Positions 1 through 9,045 of a DNA stretch of 64,000 bases are shown here, one piece after another. This DNA comes from a bacterium. GTDB taxonomy: Bacteria > UBA8248. Every line of letters starts with the position of its first letter. Within the stretch, counting starts at the first letter, position 1. The DNA lies in contig CBDATS010000002.1 of assembly GCA_965200245.1 (NCBI GenBank), positions 1 to 64,000 of the forward strand, in the 5' to 3' direction. Under the pieces are notes generated by a model. That model searched no databases. It saw only the letters and a list, made by a program, of their open reading frames with translations, and was not told where the DNA came from. The translations under genes and the position numbers were made by a program.

Positions 1-918
1 TCACCGTTCGCTGCCGATGCGGCATTCGGATTCGAGTTCCGTCTCGATGGTCGGGAAGCTTCGGGCGATCTGTTGCTACTTGTTCCCCCAAGAGGGCGCT
101 TCGCCGATGCACTTGTCCGAGATGGTAGCTCGGACGGTTCTGAGGGGATGCCGCTCGCCCGTTTTTTCTCCGAGTTGAAACAGGAAGATTCTCCGTTTGC
201 CGCGGCAGTCGACGTAGTGGCGCTCGAATATGACATTGTCGATGCGGGAGAGTCTCCTGTACCGGGTGTATTTCTGCGCAGTGCCGCAGACAGCGGGTAT
301 GCCGATCCCGATGTGCTGGCCGCCGTTATCGCCCTGGTCGCTGGATGGGACCGAGAACCACCCGAACGCAGCGGGATCGCCCGCGTTATGGCCGCCCTGC
401 CAACCACGGCTTCGATACGCTGGGCGGGTGTCTTCCCGGGCCGCAAGAGGCGGGCTGTGCGTCTGTTGGTTCGCGCCCTGGAGGAGGACATTGCGGCGTT
501 CCTGACCGAGATCGGCTGCCCGCATGATGCGGCGGCACTTCACGAGACTTTATCGGACTTCCATGCCAGTGGAGTGGACAACCATGTCCTCGCCCTTGAT
601 GTCGTGCGGGAAGGTGTTCTGCCCGGTTTCGGCTTCGAATTGTCCCGACCGAAGCAATTTGGCAGTTGGCAAGTGACGCTCGACATGATGGTACACAAAG
701 GCTTGTGTCTGCCCAAAAAGGCGGCCGCGTTCGGCAGCCTGGCGGCCCGTCACGAGCGGATTTTCTCACACTCCGGGGTCTTCGAGGCCGTTTTCGGGAT
801 CCATCACATCAAGTTCGCATTCCCTGCAGCAGGACAGATGAATGGTCTCGCCTTCGATACGGACACCCCGGCCGTAAAAGGCTATATCATCTGCGATCTC
901 CATCCCTCTGGTGATTGA
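1..918 (+). CDS. Uncharacterised RiPP-associated protein, putative ABBA-type prenyltransferase (5' end outside window; duplicate of 5726-6748)
   Basis: Translation identical to the C-terminal part of ORF 5726-6748. Confidence 0.75.
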   Translation, partial: SPFAADAAFGFEFRLDGREASGDLLLLVPPRGRFADALVRDGSSDGSEGMPLARFFSELKQEDSPFAAAVDVVALEYDIVDAGESPVPGVFLRSAADSGYADPDVLAAVIALVAGWDREPPERSGIARVMAALPTTASIRWAGVFPGRKRRAVRLLVRALEEDIAAFLTEIGCPHDAAALHETLSDFHASGVDNHVLALDVVREGVLPGFGFELSRPKQFGSWQVTLDMMVHKGLCLPKKAAAFGSLAARHERIFSHSGVFEAVFGIHHIKFAFPAAGQMNGLAFDTDTPAVKGYIICDLHPSGD

Positions 919-1032
919 GAAAGAGATTTTGGGGCCAGACGGGGTACCAGCCAGTTTCAAGAGAGTGTGTCGTCCGTAACACACAACCGGAACCTCTGGT
1001 GGACCGTGAGCAACAGGCCATTCTCGCCTGCC
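1..1032. repeat. Exact direct repeat copy A (identical to 5831-6862; may extend left of the window)
   Basis: Sequence from position 1 (tcaccgttcgctgccgatg...) matches 5831 onward at an offset of 5830; the copies diverge after ...ttctcgcctgcc (1032 vs 6862); ORF translations are identical. Confidence 0.97.
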
Positions 1033-1258
1033 CTCGGTCAAAGGCATCCTCATGGCCTCACGCAAGCAGATTCCCATATGGGGCGCTTCGGATCTCGGGA
1101 TAGACCCCGCCTCGGTCGGCAAGGCGGCGGCCACCTTTGAGGTCACCAGATTCTACAAACCCGTTTTCGACGGAAATTGCGAATTCATCGAAGGCGAATC
1201 GCTCGAAGATGCGGCGGGTGCCCTGGCCCTGCGCCTTCGTGAAGATAAAATCATCTAG
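1025..1258 (+). pseudogene. etfB: Electron transfer flavoprotein beta subunit, 3' fragment only
   Basis: RLPSVKGILMASRKQIPIW...LREDKII resembles the EtfB C-terminus; lies directly upstream of etfA; its 5' part is replaced by the repeat. Confidence 0.8.
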
Positions 1259-1276
1259 GGGAGAAAGAACAACGCC

Positions 1277-2269
1277 ATGTCGAACAACGTCCTCATCCTC
1301 GCCGAGCGCGCCGGAGACAAACTCGCGCTCGTGAGCAGCGAACTTTGCGGTATCGGCCGAAAACTCGCCGACGAAAAAGGCGGCTCCCTGGTGGCTCTCC
1401 TGCTCGGCGGTACGGGTACGAATGAGTTGGCGAAAGGACTCATCGCCCTGGGAGCCGACAAGGTGCTGGCGGCCGAATCCGACATTCTGGCGGGCTACAC
1501 CAATGCGGCGTATCTGAAAGTGATCGACGCCGCCCTGGGCGAGGAGAACCCGAACATCTTCCTCGTCGCGAACACCTCCACCGGCCGGGACGTGGCCCCC
1601 CGTCTCGCCTTCCGGCGCGGGGCCAGTTACGCGCACGACTGCACGGACCTGATGCTCGAAGACGGTAGGCTCGCCGCCGTCCGCCCGGTGCACGGAGGCA
1701 GCGCCATCAGCCATGTTCGATCGAAAACGGATACCCTCTCCATCGCGTCCACGCGCGCGAAAGCCCTGCCGCTGGCCGATATACAGGAGGGACGCGAGGG
1801 CGAGTTCATGGAGATCGGCGTTTCGGTAGACGCCGATGAGATTCGCATGAATTTCGTGGAAGCGAAGAAGGTGGAAGCCGAAGGCGTTCGCCTGGAAGAC
1901 GCGGAAATCGTCGTGAGTGGCGGGCGCGGCCTGGGGAGACCCGAGAATTTCGAATACCTCCAGGAACTCGCCAAGGTTCTCAAGGCGGCCGTGGGAGCGA
2001 GCCGCGCCGCCGTCGACGCAGGCTGGGTGCCGACACCCATGCAGGTGGGCCAGACAGGCAAGATCGTCAGCCCCAACCTCTACATCGCCGTCGGCATCTC
2101 GGGCGCCATGCAGCACATGGTCGGCGCAGGACCGAGCAAGAACATCGTGGCCATCAACACGGACGCAGAAGCGCCCATCTTCCAGCGCGCACGCTACGGC
2201 ATCGTTGGCGACTACAAGAAAGTCATTCCCGCTCTCACGGAAAAATGCAGGGAGTTGATGGACTCCTGA
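1277..2269 (+). CDS. etfA: Electron transfer flavoprotein alpha subunit
   Basis: [40 protein letters not shown] motifs. Confidence 0.95.
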   Translation: MSNNVLILAERAGDKLALVSSELCGIGRKLADEKGGSLVALLLGGTGTNELAKGLIALGADKVLAAESDILAGYTNAAYLKVIDAALGEENPNIFLVANTSTGRDVAPRLAFRRGASYAHDCTDLMLEDGRLAAVRPVHGGSAISHVRSKTDTLSIASTRAKALPLADIQEGREGEFMEIGVSVDADEIRMNFVEAKKVEAEGVRLEDAEIVVSGGRGLGRPENFEYLQELAKVLKAAVGASRAAVDAGWVPTPMQVGQTGKIVSPNLYIAVGISGAMQHMVGAGPSKNIVAINTDAEAPIFQRARYGIVGDYKKVIPALTEKCRELMDS

Positions 2270-3297
2270 TATCTCAGGGGGAGTAATTCCGTTCTCCCGT
2301 TTTGTCCGGCCAACCAGGCGGACTCACCGATCCCCGGACATTCCCCCTGCGCCTGTCCGGCTACGCATCCTGCGTATCGAAACGAACCCGCAGGGGCCAT
2401 GTCAATGCGGCCCTCGTTTCCTGGCCACTGAGCGATCTATATATGGGGTTGTCGAAAAAAGTCCCTGTTCGCCCGGAACTGACCACCACCGTCATTCCGA
2501 TGTCAGTTCCAACTGAGGAAGGAGAGACTGCGGAGCCCCGTGCAGAATGGAATGACAGTGCTTCAGCTTTGAGCCTTCCCGTCACTGACGAGAATCAACC
2601 AGAAAAAACAGGCGGTTGTCCTGCCGGCAGTTTGCTGGATGATGGAAAAGCAATTCCCCAATATAATGCACATAAACATATCGATATCTACCAGCCTGGC
2701 ATATGATTCCTCATACAGTATATCGTATTGTCCGCTGGTGAACCCACGGTTGATGAAACGATACGTCACTTCACCGGAAATCGAGTTCGCGCCTTCGAAG
2801 ATAAAAGCGGACCGACGTGAACAGCCTGGTCAACATGAAATGAGCCCAGTACAAGTGGTTTACGATCAACTCCTCGACTTCCGATGATTTTATTCCGAAA
2901 ATACCCCCGAAATTCTCTTTGTCAGTGGGAATCCGGATAGCCAAGATTGCGTATTTTCCGGGCTTTTTCGCTGAAATCAGTGTCTATGACGATGGGTGCG
3001 CCTTCGCTCTCCGGTTCCAGAAGCGGTCGTAACTACCCCGGGAACTGAGTGTCTTCCCCGACAGTCCCGGTTGCCGGAGCATATTACCCACCGCCTGGTT
3101 CTCCCTCACCCATGAGGAATGGCCTGCTGTCCGCGAAACACACGACCACTGGCTCGCGCCGGATAATTTCGACGCCACGGGCCGCCAGAAACGCCCGCCA
3201 GGCGTCCTCATCCGTGCGCTTTGGTGAAAAGGCCTGTTCCCCCCCCGGTCGCTCAAGTTGTCGTCCGGGAAAGGAAATCGTGACACCCATTCTCCCT

Positions 3298-3564
3298 ACA
3301 CATGAATAGTATCAACATCATCCCAATAGCTGCCGCCACTGGCGTCTTTCAACTGTTCATCGGTGAGTCGGGACGGAGCGGAAGGATGAGATAGCTGTTC
3401 TCGGCGTCGTCTTCCATTACATGCAGGTTGAAATTCTCCGGCATCGTTACCCCGAACTCCTCCGATATCACGGCCTTCGGTTCAGAAATCAGGCGGGCGC
3501 GGAACTCCTCACTGTCGCCTGCCTTCCCGATCAGGTACTCGCGTATCTCGGTAGCAGATTTCAT
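3298..3564 (-). pseudogene. NHLP-leader RiPP precursor A, with a 1-nt frameshift near 3378; true 3' end uncertain
   Basis: AGGAG RBS before ATG 3564; MKSATEIREYLIGKAGDSEEFRARLISEPKAVI...LHVMEDDAENSYLILP, then after restoring one base RLTDEQLKDASGG-SYWDDVDTIHV... Confidence 0.8.
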
Positions 3565-3695
3565 TCCGGTCTCCTTACCCTCAGGAAATGTGGATGGGTT
3601 GATACCCCCGATGTTTTCGTTTTTTTGCATCGTCATCATGAACAGGATATGGGATATTCCGATGGGAAGGCAGGAAATTTTTGACGTTTTCTCGT
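3565..3695 (-). promoter_or_regulatory. Conserved upstream/promoter region of precursor A (homologous to 26293-26426)
   Basis: About 130 bp of similarity, including the identical block catcggaatatcccatatcctg, plus gggtatcaacccat and catttcctgagg..aggagaccg. Confidence 0.75.
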
Positions 3696-3835
3696 GAGGA
3701 ACAGGCTTCCTCCCGGAAGCCCGTCCGCATGTTCCCTGCTCTCCCGGGAGACCGGCGGCCGGAGGATCCGTTTTTCAAAATCAAGGGAATAAGGCTTGTG
3801 GATTCAAGTATGCAATTCCCGAAATGTGGGGCCGA

Positions 3836-5104
3836 TCAGTCCCATTCGACGGGCAGGCGCTTCAGACCGCTAAAAGCCAATGTCCGGAAGGCCTCCGGGA
3901 CAGCGGTGGCGAGCCGTATGTGAGGCAAGCGCCGGGTCAACTCCTCCAGGATGACCTTCATCTGGAGCCGGGCAAACGGCGCGCCGATGCAGTAATGCGC
4001 ACCACAGCCGAACGAGAGGTGGTCCTCGGCATTCCCGCGGTCGATGTCGAGCGTCTCACCGTCCGGGAAAACGGTCTCGTCACGATTGCCGGAAGCGAGC
4101 AACAACCGTATATGAGACCCGGCGGGGATTCGCTGTCCACCGACCTCGGCTTCACGGGTCGTGAGTCGCGCAGGAAACACCATGAGGGCGGTGGCGAAAC
4201 GCAGGATTTCCTCGACTGCGTTGGGGATGAGACCGGGGTCGGCACACAGCCGTTCCCAAGGTGTTCGTTCATTGAGCATTGCCCGGATGCCATTGGCGAG
4301 CGTGTGGCTTTGGTTGTCCACCCCGGCGCTCAACATACCGAACACGATGTTGTGCAGGTAGTTATCCGTGAACAGAGACGGATCCGCGCGACGCAACCGA
4401 ACCATGTCGCCGAGGTAGTTGTCGCCGGGATTTTCGAGCGCAGCCTGTATCAACCTATCGGAAAAAGACCACTGGTGGGCCATGACCTCCACGAATGAGA
4501 CTTGTGCCACCTCTATTGAGGATTCCCCGATTTGGACCCCCTCCATCCCAAACGGCCAGTCGGCCAAGTCGAAATCTTCGTCGGCACCGCCGAGAAAATG
4601 GAACAGCAGGCTACTTGCTGTCGGTATCATGAGCCGGTTGAGGAGGTCCGTGCTTCCGTCATCCACGAAGCTGTCGATATAGCGGGAAACGGTAGCGCGG
4701 ACCTTCGGCTCCAGTTGCTGGATGAGACGGGCAGAAAGACCTGCGCCGAAAATGCGCCGGTGGGGGCGGTGGGTTGGCGGATCCTCGTCCACCAGCGTCG
4801 GCCGCAACTCAATGCCAACCGATTCGTAAACCTCCATCGCCTTGGGGCCGAACGGCACTACAGGCTGGCGGACGTTGGCTGAAGAGAACGTTTCAGTGTC
4901 CCTGAAAATCGAGACAATATCATTGTAGCAGGCGACCGCCCAACAGTTGATTTCCGGAACATGGAGGACAGGCGCCTCGGCCCTTGCCCATCGAAAGAAC
5001 CGGTAAGGGTCGGTAAAATAGTCTGCAAGCGGCGATATTCGTACGTACCCTGTATGAGAGCCGGAGATGATCTCCTCGAATCGTGTCCCGCCGTTTCCAG
5101 ACAT
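3836..5104 (-). CDS. Cytochrome P450
   Basis: Heme signature FGCGAHYCIG; ExxR motif EEILR; I-helix AGVDN; GGAG RBS before ATG 5104 (alternative GTG 5128). Confidence 0.95.
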   Translation of the reverse strand: MSGNGGTRFEEIISGSHTGYVRISPLADYFTDPYRFFRWARAEAPVLHVPEINCWAVACYNDIVSIFRDTETFSSANVRQPVVPFGPKAMEVYESVGIELRPTLVDEDPPTHRPHRRIFGAGLSARLIQQLEPKVRATVSRYIDSFVDDGSTDLLNRLMIPTASSLLFHFLGGADEDFDLADWPFGMEGVQIGESSIEVAQVSFVEVMAHQWSFSDRLIQAALENPGDNYLGDMVRLRRADPSLFTDNYLHNIVFGMLSAGVDNQSHTLANGIRAMLNERTPWERLCADPGLIPNAVEEILRFATALMVFPARLTTREAEVGGQRIPAGSHIRLLLASGNRDETVFPDGETLDIDRGNAEDHLSFGCGAHYCIGAPFARLQMKVILEELTRRLPHIRLATAVPEAFRTLAFSGLKRLPVEWD

Positions 5105-5201
5105 CCCATTCTCCGTAAGCAGGGGCACCCGCCAAGCGTCGCCATCATATTAACCCGCCAAAAAATATTTCATATATACATACAAGAACGCAAGAAATTT
5201 G

Positions 5202-5229
5202 TTGACATCATGTTTTGAGAGAGGATAAT
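5202..5229 (+). promoter_or_regulatory. Sigma70-type promoter for precursor B
   Basis: TTGACA-16 nt-GATAAT, 50 bp upstream of ATG 5280; RBS GAAGGAG. Confidence 0.6.
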
Positions 5230-5279
5230 TCTTGTATTGCGAACGTTAACCTTGATACTTCACCCAGAAGGAGAATCTG

Positions 5280-5558
5280 ATGACCCAGAAAATCGAAACA
5301 TCGAAGGGAGCAATAACGGTATCTGAACTTCGCGAACGACTCCTTTTACAAGCGGCCGAGAGCGATGATTTTCGCACCCGGCTGTTGAATGACCCGAAAG
5401 CGGTCCTGCGCGATGACTACAACCTCAACGTGCCGGAGCACATTAACCTGTTCGTCCACGAGGACGACGCGACGACGGCTCATCTGGTGCTGCCGCGCTC
5501 GAAAGAGCTCACGGAAGCCGAGTTGGCTTCCGTTGCCGGAGGCAACCTATACTATTAA
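5280..5558 (+). CDS. NHLP-leader RiPP precursor B (92 aa), core NLYY
   Basis: AAESDDFRTRLLNDPKAVL...VHEDDATTAHLVLP...ELTEAELASVAGG is a typical NHLP leader with a double-glycine site. Confidence 0.92.
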   Translation: MTQKIETSKGAITVSELRERLLLQAAESDDFRTRLLNDPKAVLRDDYNLNVPEHINLFVHEDDATTAHLVLPRSKELTEAELASVAGGNLYY

Positions 5559-5647
5559 TTCGCTAGCTAGCCACGTTTGCAAGACGCAACCGACCATGTT
5601 TCCGGGTTCAGGGTACATCCTGGCGAGACGATATTGCTGGAACAGAT

Positions 5648-5691
5648 CCATCAACAGGTGGCACCCTCAATGGGGTGCCACCTGTTGATGG
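5648..5691 (+). promoter_or_regulatory. 19-bp perfect stem-loop between the precursor and the downstream enzyme gene
   Basis: ccatcaacaggtggcaccc-tcaatg-gggtgccacctgttgatgg; no U-tract. Confidence 0.8.
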
Positions 5692-5725
5692 GAAACGAAT
5701 TCCTGTCGGGTCGAGGGGTGCGTAT

Positions 5726-6748
5726 ATGGAAAATTTTGCCGATGTCCTTCGCCCGATTCGCTCCCTCTTCCCGGAAACGTTGCTCGACGGCCAAGGGTGG
5801 GAACGGCTGATTGCACGGGCCGAAAAACTATCACCGTTCGCTGCCGATGCGGCATTCGGATTCGAGTTCCGTCTCGATGGTCGGGAAGCTTCGGGCGATC
5901 TGTTGCTACTTGTTCCCCCAAGAGGGCGCTTCGCCGATGCACTTGTCCGAGATGGTAGCTCGGACGGTTCTGAGGGGATGCCGCTCGCCCGTTTTTTCTC
6001 CGAGTTGAAACAGGAAGATTCTCCGTTTGCCGCGGCAGTCGACGTAGTGGCGCTCGAATATGACATTGTCGATGCGGGAGAGTCTCCTGTACCGGGTGTA
6101 TTTCTGCGCAGTGCCGCAGACAGCGGGTATGCCGATCCCGATGTGCTGGCCGCCGTTATCGCCCTGGTCGCTGGATGGGACCGAGAACCACCCGAACGCA
6201 GCGGGATCGCCCGCGTTATGGCCGCCCTGCCAACCACGGCTTCGATACGCTGGGCGGGTGTCTTCCCGGGCCGCAAGAGGCGGGCTGTGCGTCTGTTGGT
6301 TCGCGCCCTGGAGGAGGACATTGCGGCGTTCCTGACCGAGATCGGCTGCCCGCATGATGCGGCGGCACTTCACGAGACTTTATCGGACTTCCATGCCAGT
6401 GGAGTGGACAACCATGTCCTCGCCCTTGATGTCGTGCGGGAAGGTGTTCTGCCCGGTTTCGGCTTCGAATTGTCCCGACCGAAGCAATTTGGCAGTTGGC
6501 AAGTGACGCTCGACATGATGGTACACAAAGGCTTGTGTCTGCCCAAAAAGGCGGCCGCGTTCGGCAGCCTGGCGGCCCGTCACGAGCGGATTTTCTCACA
6601 CTCCGGGGTCTTCGAGGCCGTTTTCGGGATCCATCACATCAAGTTCGCATTCCCTGCAGCAGGACAGATGAATGGTCTCGCCTTCGATACGGACACCCCG
6701 GCCGTAAAAGGCTATATCATCTGCGATCTCCATCCCTCTGGTGATTGA
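5726..6748 (+). CDS. Uncharacterised RiPP-associated protein, putative ABBA-barrel prenyltransferase
   Basis: 340-aa ORF with GAGGGG RBS; paired strand-like motifs FGFEFRL/DLLLLV, ALEYDI/PGVFL, WAGVF/AVRLLV, LALDV/FGFEL, HHIKF/VKGYI; function is inferred. Confidence 0.6.
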   Translation: MENFADVLRPIRSLFPETLLDGQGWERLIARAEKLSPFAADAAFGFEFRLDGREASGDLLLLVPPRGRFADALVRDGSSDGSEGMPLARFFSELKQEDSPFAAAVDVVALEYDIVDAGESPVPGVFLRSAADSGYADPDVLAAVIALVAGWDREPPERSGIARVMAALPTTASIRWAGVFPGRKRRAVRLLVRALEEDIAAFLTEIGCPHDAAALHETLSDFHASGVDNHVLALDVVREGVLPGFGFELSRPKQFGSWQVTLDMMVHKGLCLPKKAAAFGSLAARHERIFSHSGVFEAVFGIHHIKFAFPAAGQMNGLAFDTDTPAVKGYIICDLHPSGD

Positions 6749-6862
6749 GAAAGAGATTTTGGGGCCAGACGGGGTACCAGCCAGTTTCAAGAGAGTGTGT
6801 CGTCCGTAACACACAACCGGAACCTCTGGTGGACCGTGAGCAACAGGCCATTCTCGCCTGCC
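5831..6862. repeat. Exact direct repeat copy B (identical to 1-1032)
   Basis: Direct sequence identity. Confidence 0.97.
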
Positions 6863-7009
6863 TTGGGCCGGCCTTGACCACGCGCGTCATCCGGGGTGGG
6901 ATCGAGACAGGGCAGAACGAATCCTACGGTCGGACGCTGTACCGGTGTTGTCCGGCACCTCGATCTAGGTCGCCAGGAATTGACAACAGCGGGAGAACGG
7001 GAGACCCAC

Positions 7010-7312
7010 CGCGTCCGGCGGGCATACCCAGCACATCCACATCCGCTGCGACGCTGGCCCGCAACCCGTGCATTGTCCTTCTCGACGAAGCCACGAATCG
7101 GTCGGCTATCAAGAGCCAGGCGTCACTGACGGAGAGGATCCGCAACCCTGTTGCCACGCGGATCGTTATCGCCCACCGGGTATCGACAACCCGCGAGGTG
7201 CCCCATGTCTACTCGTTCGAAGCCGGGGAAAGTCGTCCAGGTCGGGTACTTCAACGAGTTGGCCAGCCAGGATGGCCCGCTTCGCGATCTGTTTCGGTGG
7301 CAACTGTCGTGA
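7010..7312 (+). pseudogene. ABC transporter ATPase 3' remnant (bacteriocin/NHLP exporter-like)
   Basis: Across frameshifts: SGGHTQHIHI-AATLARNPCIVLLDEAT (signature and Walker B), TRIVIAHRVST (H-loop), GKVVQVGYFNELASQDGPLRDL. Confidence 0.8.
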
Positions 7313-7328
7313 CCCTGCCGCAGGAGCG

Positions 7329-8438
7329 TCACCGCAATTCCAGCTGCGGCACGATCGCGTCGAAAGTGAGATAACCGGCCACCGGGTAGGCCTTGGCCTC
7401 GACCGGCTCCCCGGCGTCCCGTTCCCCAAAGGAAACCTTGACGTGGGTCATTCCCGTCAATACGCCGAACGTGTCCTGCCCGCAAAACACAAACTCCCGT
7501 CCGGGCCAAGCCAAAAGCCCGTCCATCTTCTCCGGCAGGCACAGCCCTTCCTCACATAGCCAGGCCAGAAAAGGGCCCCATTCCCCGACTCCCGGATGAC
7601 TCAACGATCCCGGCACGCCCTGGAACAGTTCAAGTCCGATACGCGGCAAAACCCCTTCGGCGGAAACGCCAACGGCGAGCCGGAGCGAGCGGAGCAGTTT
7701 CCGGGACGCGGACAGGAACGCCGCGACTTCGCTGGCTGGCCCTGTCCACCGAAGTCTTTCCAAAAGCGGCAGCACACGCTCAGGCTCCATGGGACGACTG
7801 TTTACCTTGAACGTCCGGCCCGGTCGCCCCGGCATGATTCCCAGACAATCGACCGTGTTACCGGTAGCCACCATCCCGTCGAAGACCCTGTCGAGTGCCT
7901 GGAGTTCCCCGGTGTCCAGGCACCAACCGACCGCACCCGCGATCCATTCGGCCACTGTCTTCGTAGCAGGGAATCCGGCGGCTCCAGTCTCCACCGAGTC
8001 GGGGCATATCCTCACGAACAGCCCGGGAGGTGTATCGGGCTGGCTGGATGTCACATCGTACTCGACGGCCAGAATCCCGGACCACGGAGCATCCGTATCC
8101 ATTGTGGAAAGACGATCACGAAGCCCGGCCGCCGCCGAACCGGGCATCGCGCATTCGCCGCGCCGGATATAGTGATCGGCAATTGCACTCTTTTCCGGAA
8201 AGGCAATATAGAAATCCGTTTCAGCCGCGGGCGTACCGAGACGAAGCTCGAAACCGAAACCGATACCGGGGTCAACAGGCAGTCCCTCGATTGCGGTGTG
8301 CAGGCGGTCCCAGCCTGCACCGTCGATCAGCGCCGGGGAGATGATGCGAGACAGCGCATGAAGAATCGCGGCGAACGCCGAAGCTGCGTCTTCCATTGAC
8401 AGAACCGTTCGTTGTGCCTCCGATCCACCGGTATCCAT
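7329..8438 (-). CDS. Paralog of 5726-6748, putative ABBA-barrel prenyltransferase
   Basis: Shares LIDGAGWDRL, FGFELRL, VEYDV, PGLF, MPGR, GVLPRIGLEL, GLCLPEK, HVKVSF, AKAY motifs; start 8438 or 8396. Confidence 0.6.
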   Translation of the reverse strand: MDTGGSEAQRTVLSMEDAASAFAAILHALSRIISPALIDGAGWDRLHTAIEGLPVDPGIGFGFELRLGTPAAETDFYIAFPEKSAIADHYIRRGECAMPGSAAAGLRDRLSTMDTDAPWSGILAVEYDVTSSQPDTPPGLFVRICPDSVETGAAGFPATKTVAEWIAGAVGWCLDTGELQALDRVFDGMVATGNTVDCLGIMPGRPGRTFKVNSRPMEPERVLPLLERLRWTGPASEVAAFLSASRKLLRSLRLAVGVSAEGVLPRIGLELFQGVPGSLSHPGVGEWGPFLAWLCEEGLCLPEKMDGLLAWPGREFVFCGQDTFGVLTGMTHVKVSFGERDAGEPVEAKAYPVAGYLTFDAIVPQLELR

Positions 8439-8869
8439 GCGCCATAGTGTTCCATGCGCGGTATAAGGTGTCAAGCAAACCGCATGTGAGGAGTTGAATC
8501 CATCAAGAGAGAGGAGAACACTCCATCTCATGCAAGAACTACTACGGAATTGAAAAACACACTCACTTCCCGGATTCCACGGAAAGGCAACTCTCAACCA
8601 CCTCGTAGAAATTGCCCGGTAACTCCCAAAACGAATTTCCCCGTATCGGACGGCCGGGACTTCGGCCCAATGCCCCTTTCCTCCGTCTCATAAACGACTA
8701 CCTGTAGCCTCAAGGTTTCCTCTCCCTTCACATGACGATTCGGTAAGCCGAGAGAAAAACGCTTGCAGATAAAAAGACTGACTGGCAAGCGTTTCGCCAG
8801 TATGCTCACATCCCGGACAAGGCGAGGCACCCTAGGCTGCTGAGCGTCTGGTGAGGGACCGCGGAGCAT

Positions 8870-9045
8870 GAAGATTATTTCTACGCGAACAATCGATCGA
8901 AAAAGAGTGTCGCCATCAACATTAAAACTGAAGCGGGCCGCGCCGTCGTGCGCGCCCTTGGAAGCAAGGCCGACGCACTCATCGAGAACATGGCGCCCGG
9001 CAAACTCGCCGAACTCGGTCTCGGCTGGGAGGACGCTCGCGCTCT
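8870..9045 (+). pseudogene. CaiB/BaiF family III CoA-transferase internal fragment
   Basis: YFYANNRSKKSVAINIKTEAGRAVVRALGSKADALIENMAPGKLAELGLGWE. Confidence 0.75.

Noticed and set aside
1058-2116. 352-aa minus-strand ORF
   Set aside because: Antisense shadow of etfA; no motifs.
2302-3290. Short ORFs between etfA and precursor A (one faintly VOC/glyoxalase-like)
   Set aside because: No convincing motif or RBS; probably eroded DNA.
6745-7374. 209-aa ORF as an intact gene
   Set aside because: Only part matches an ABC ATPase tail; treated as a pseudogene fragment.
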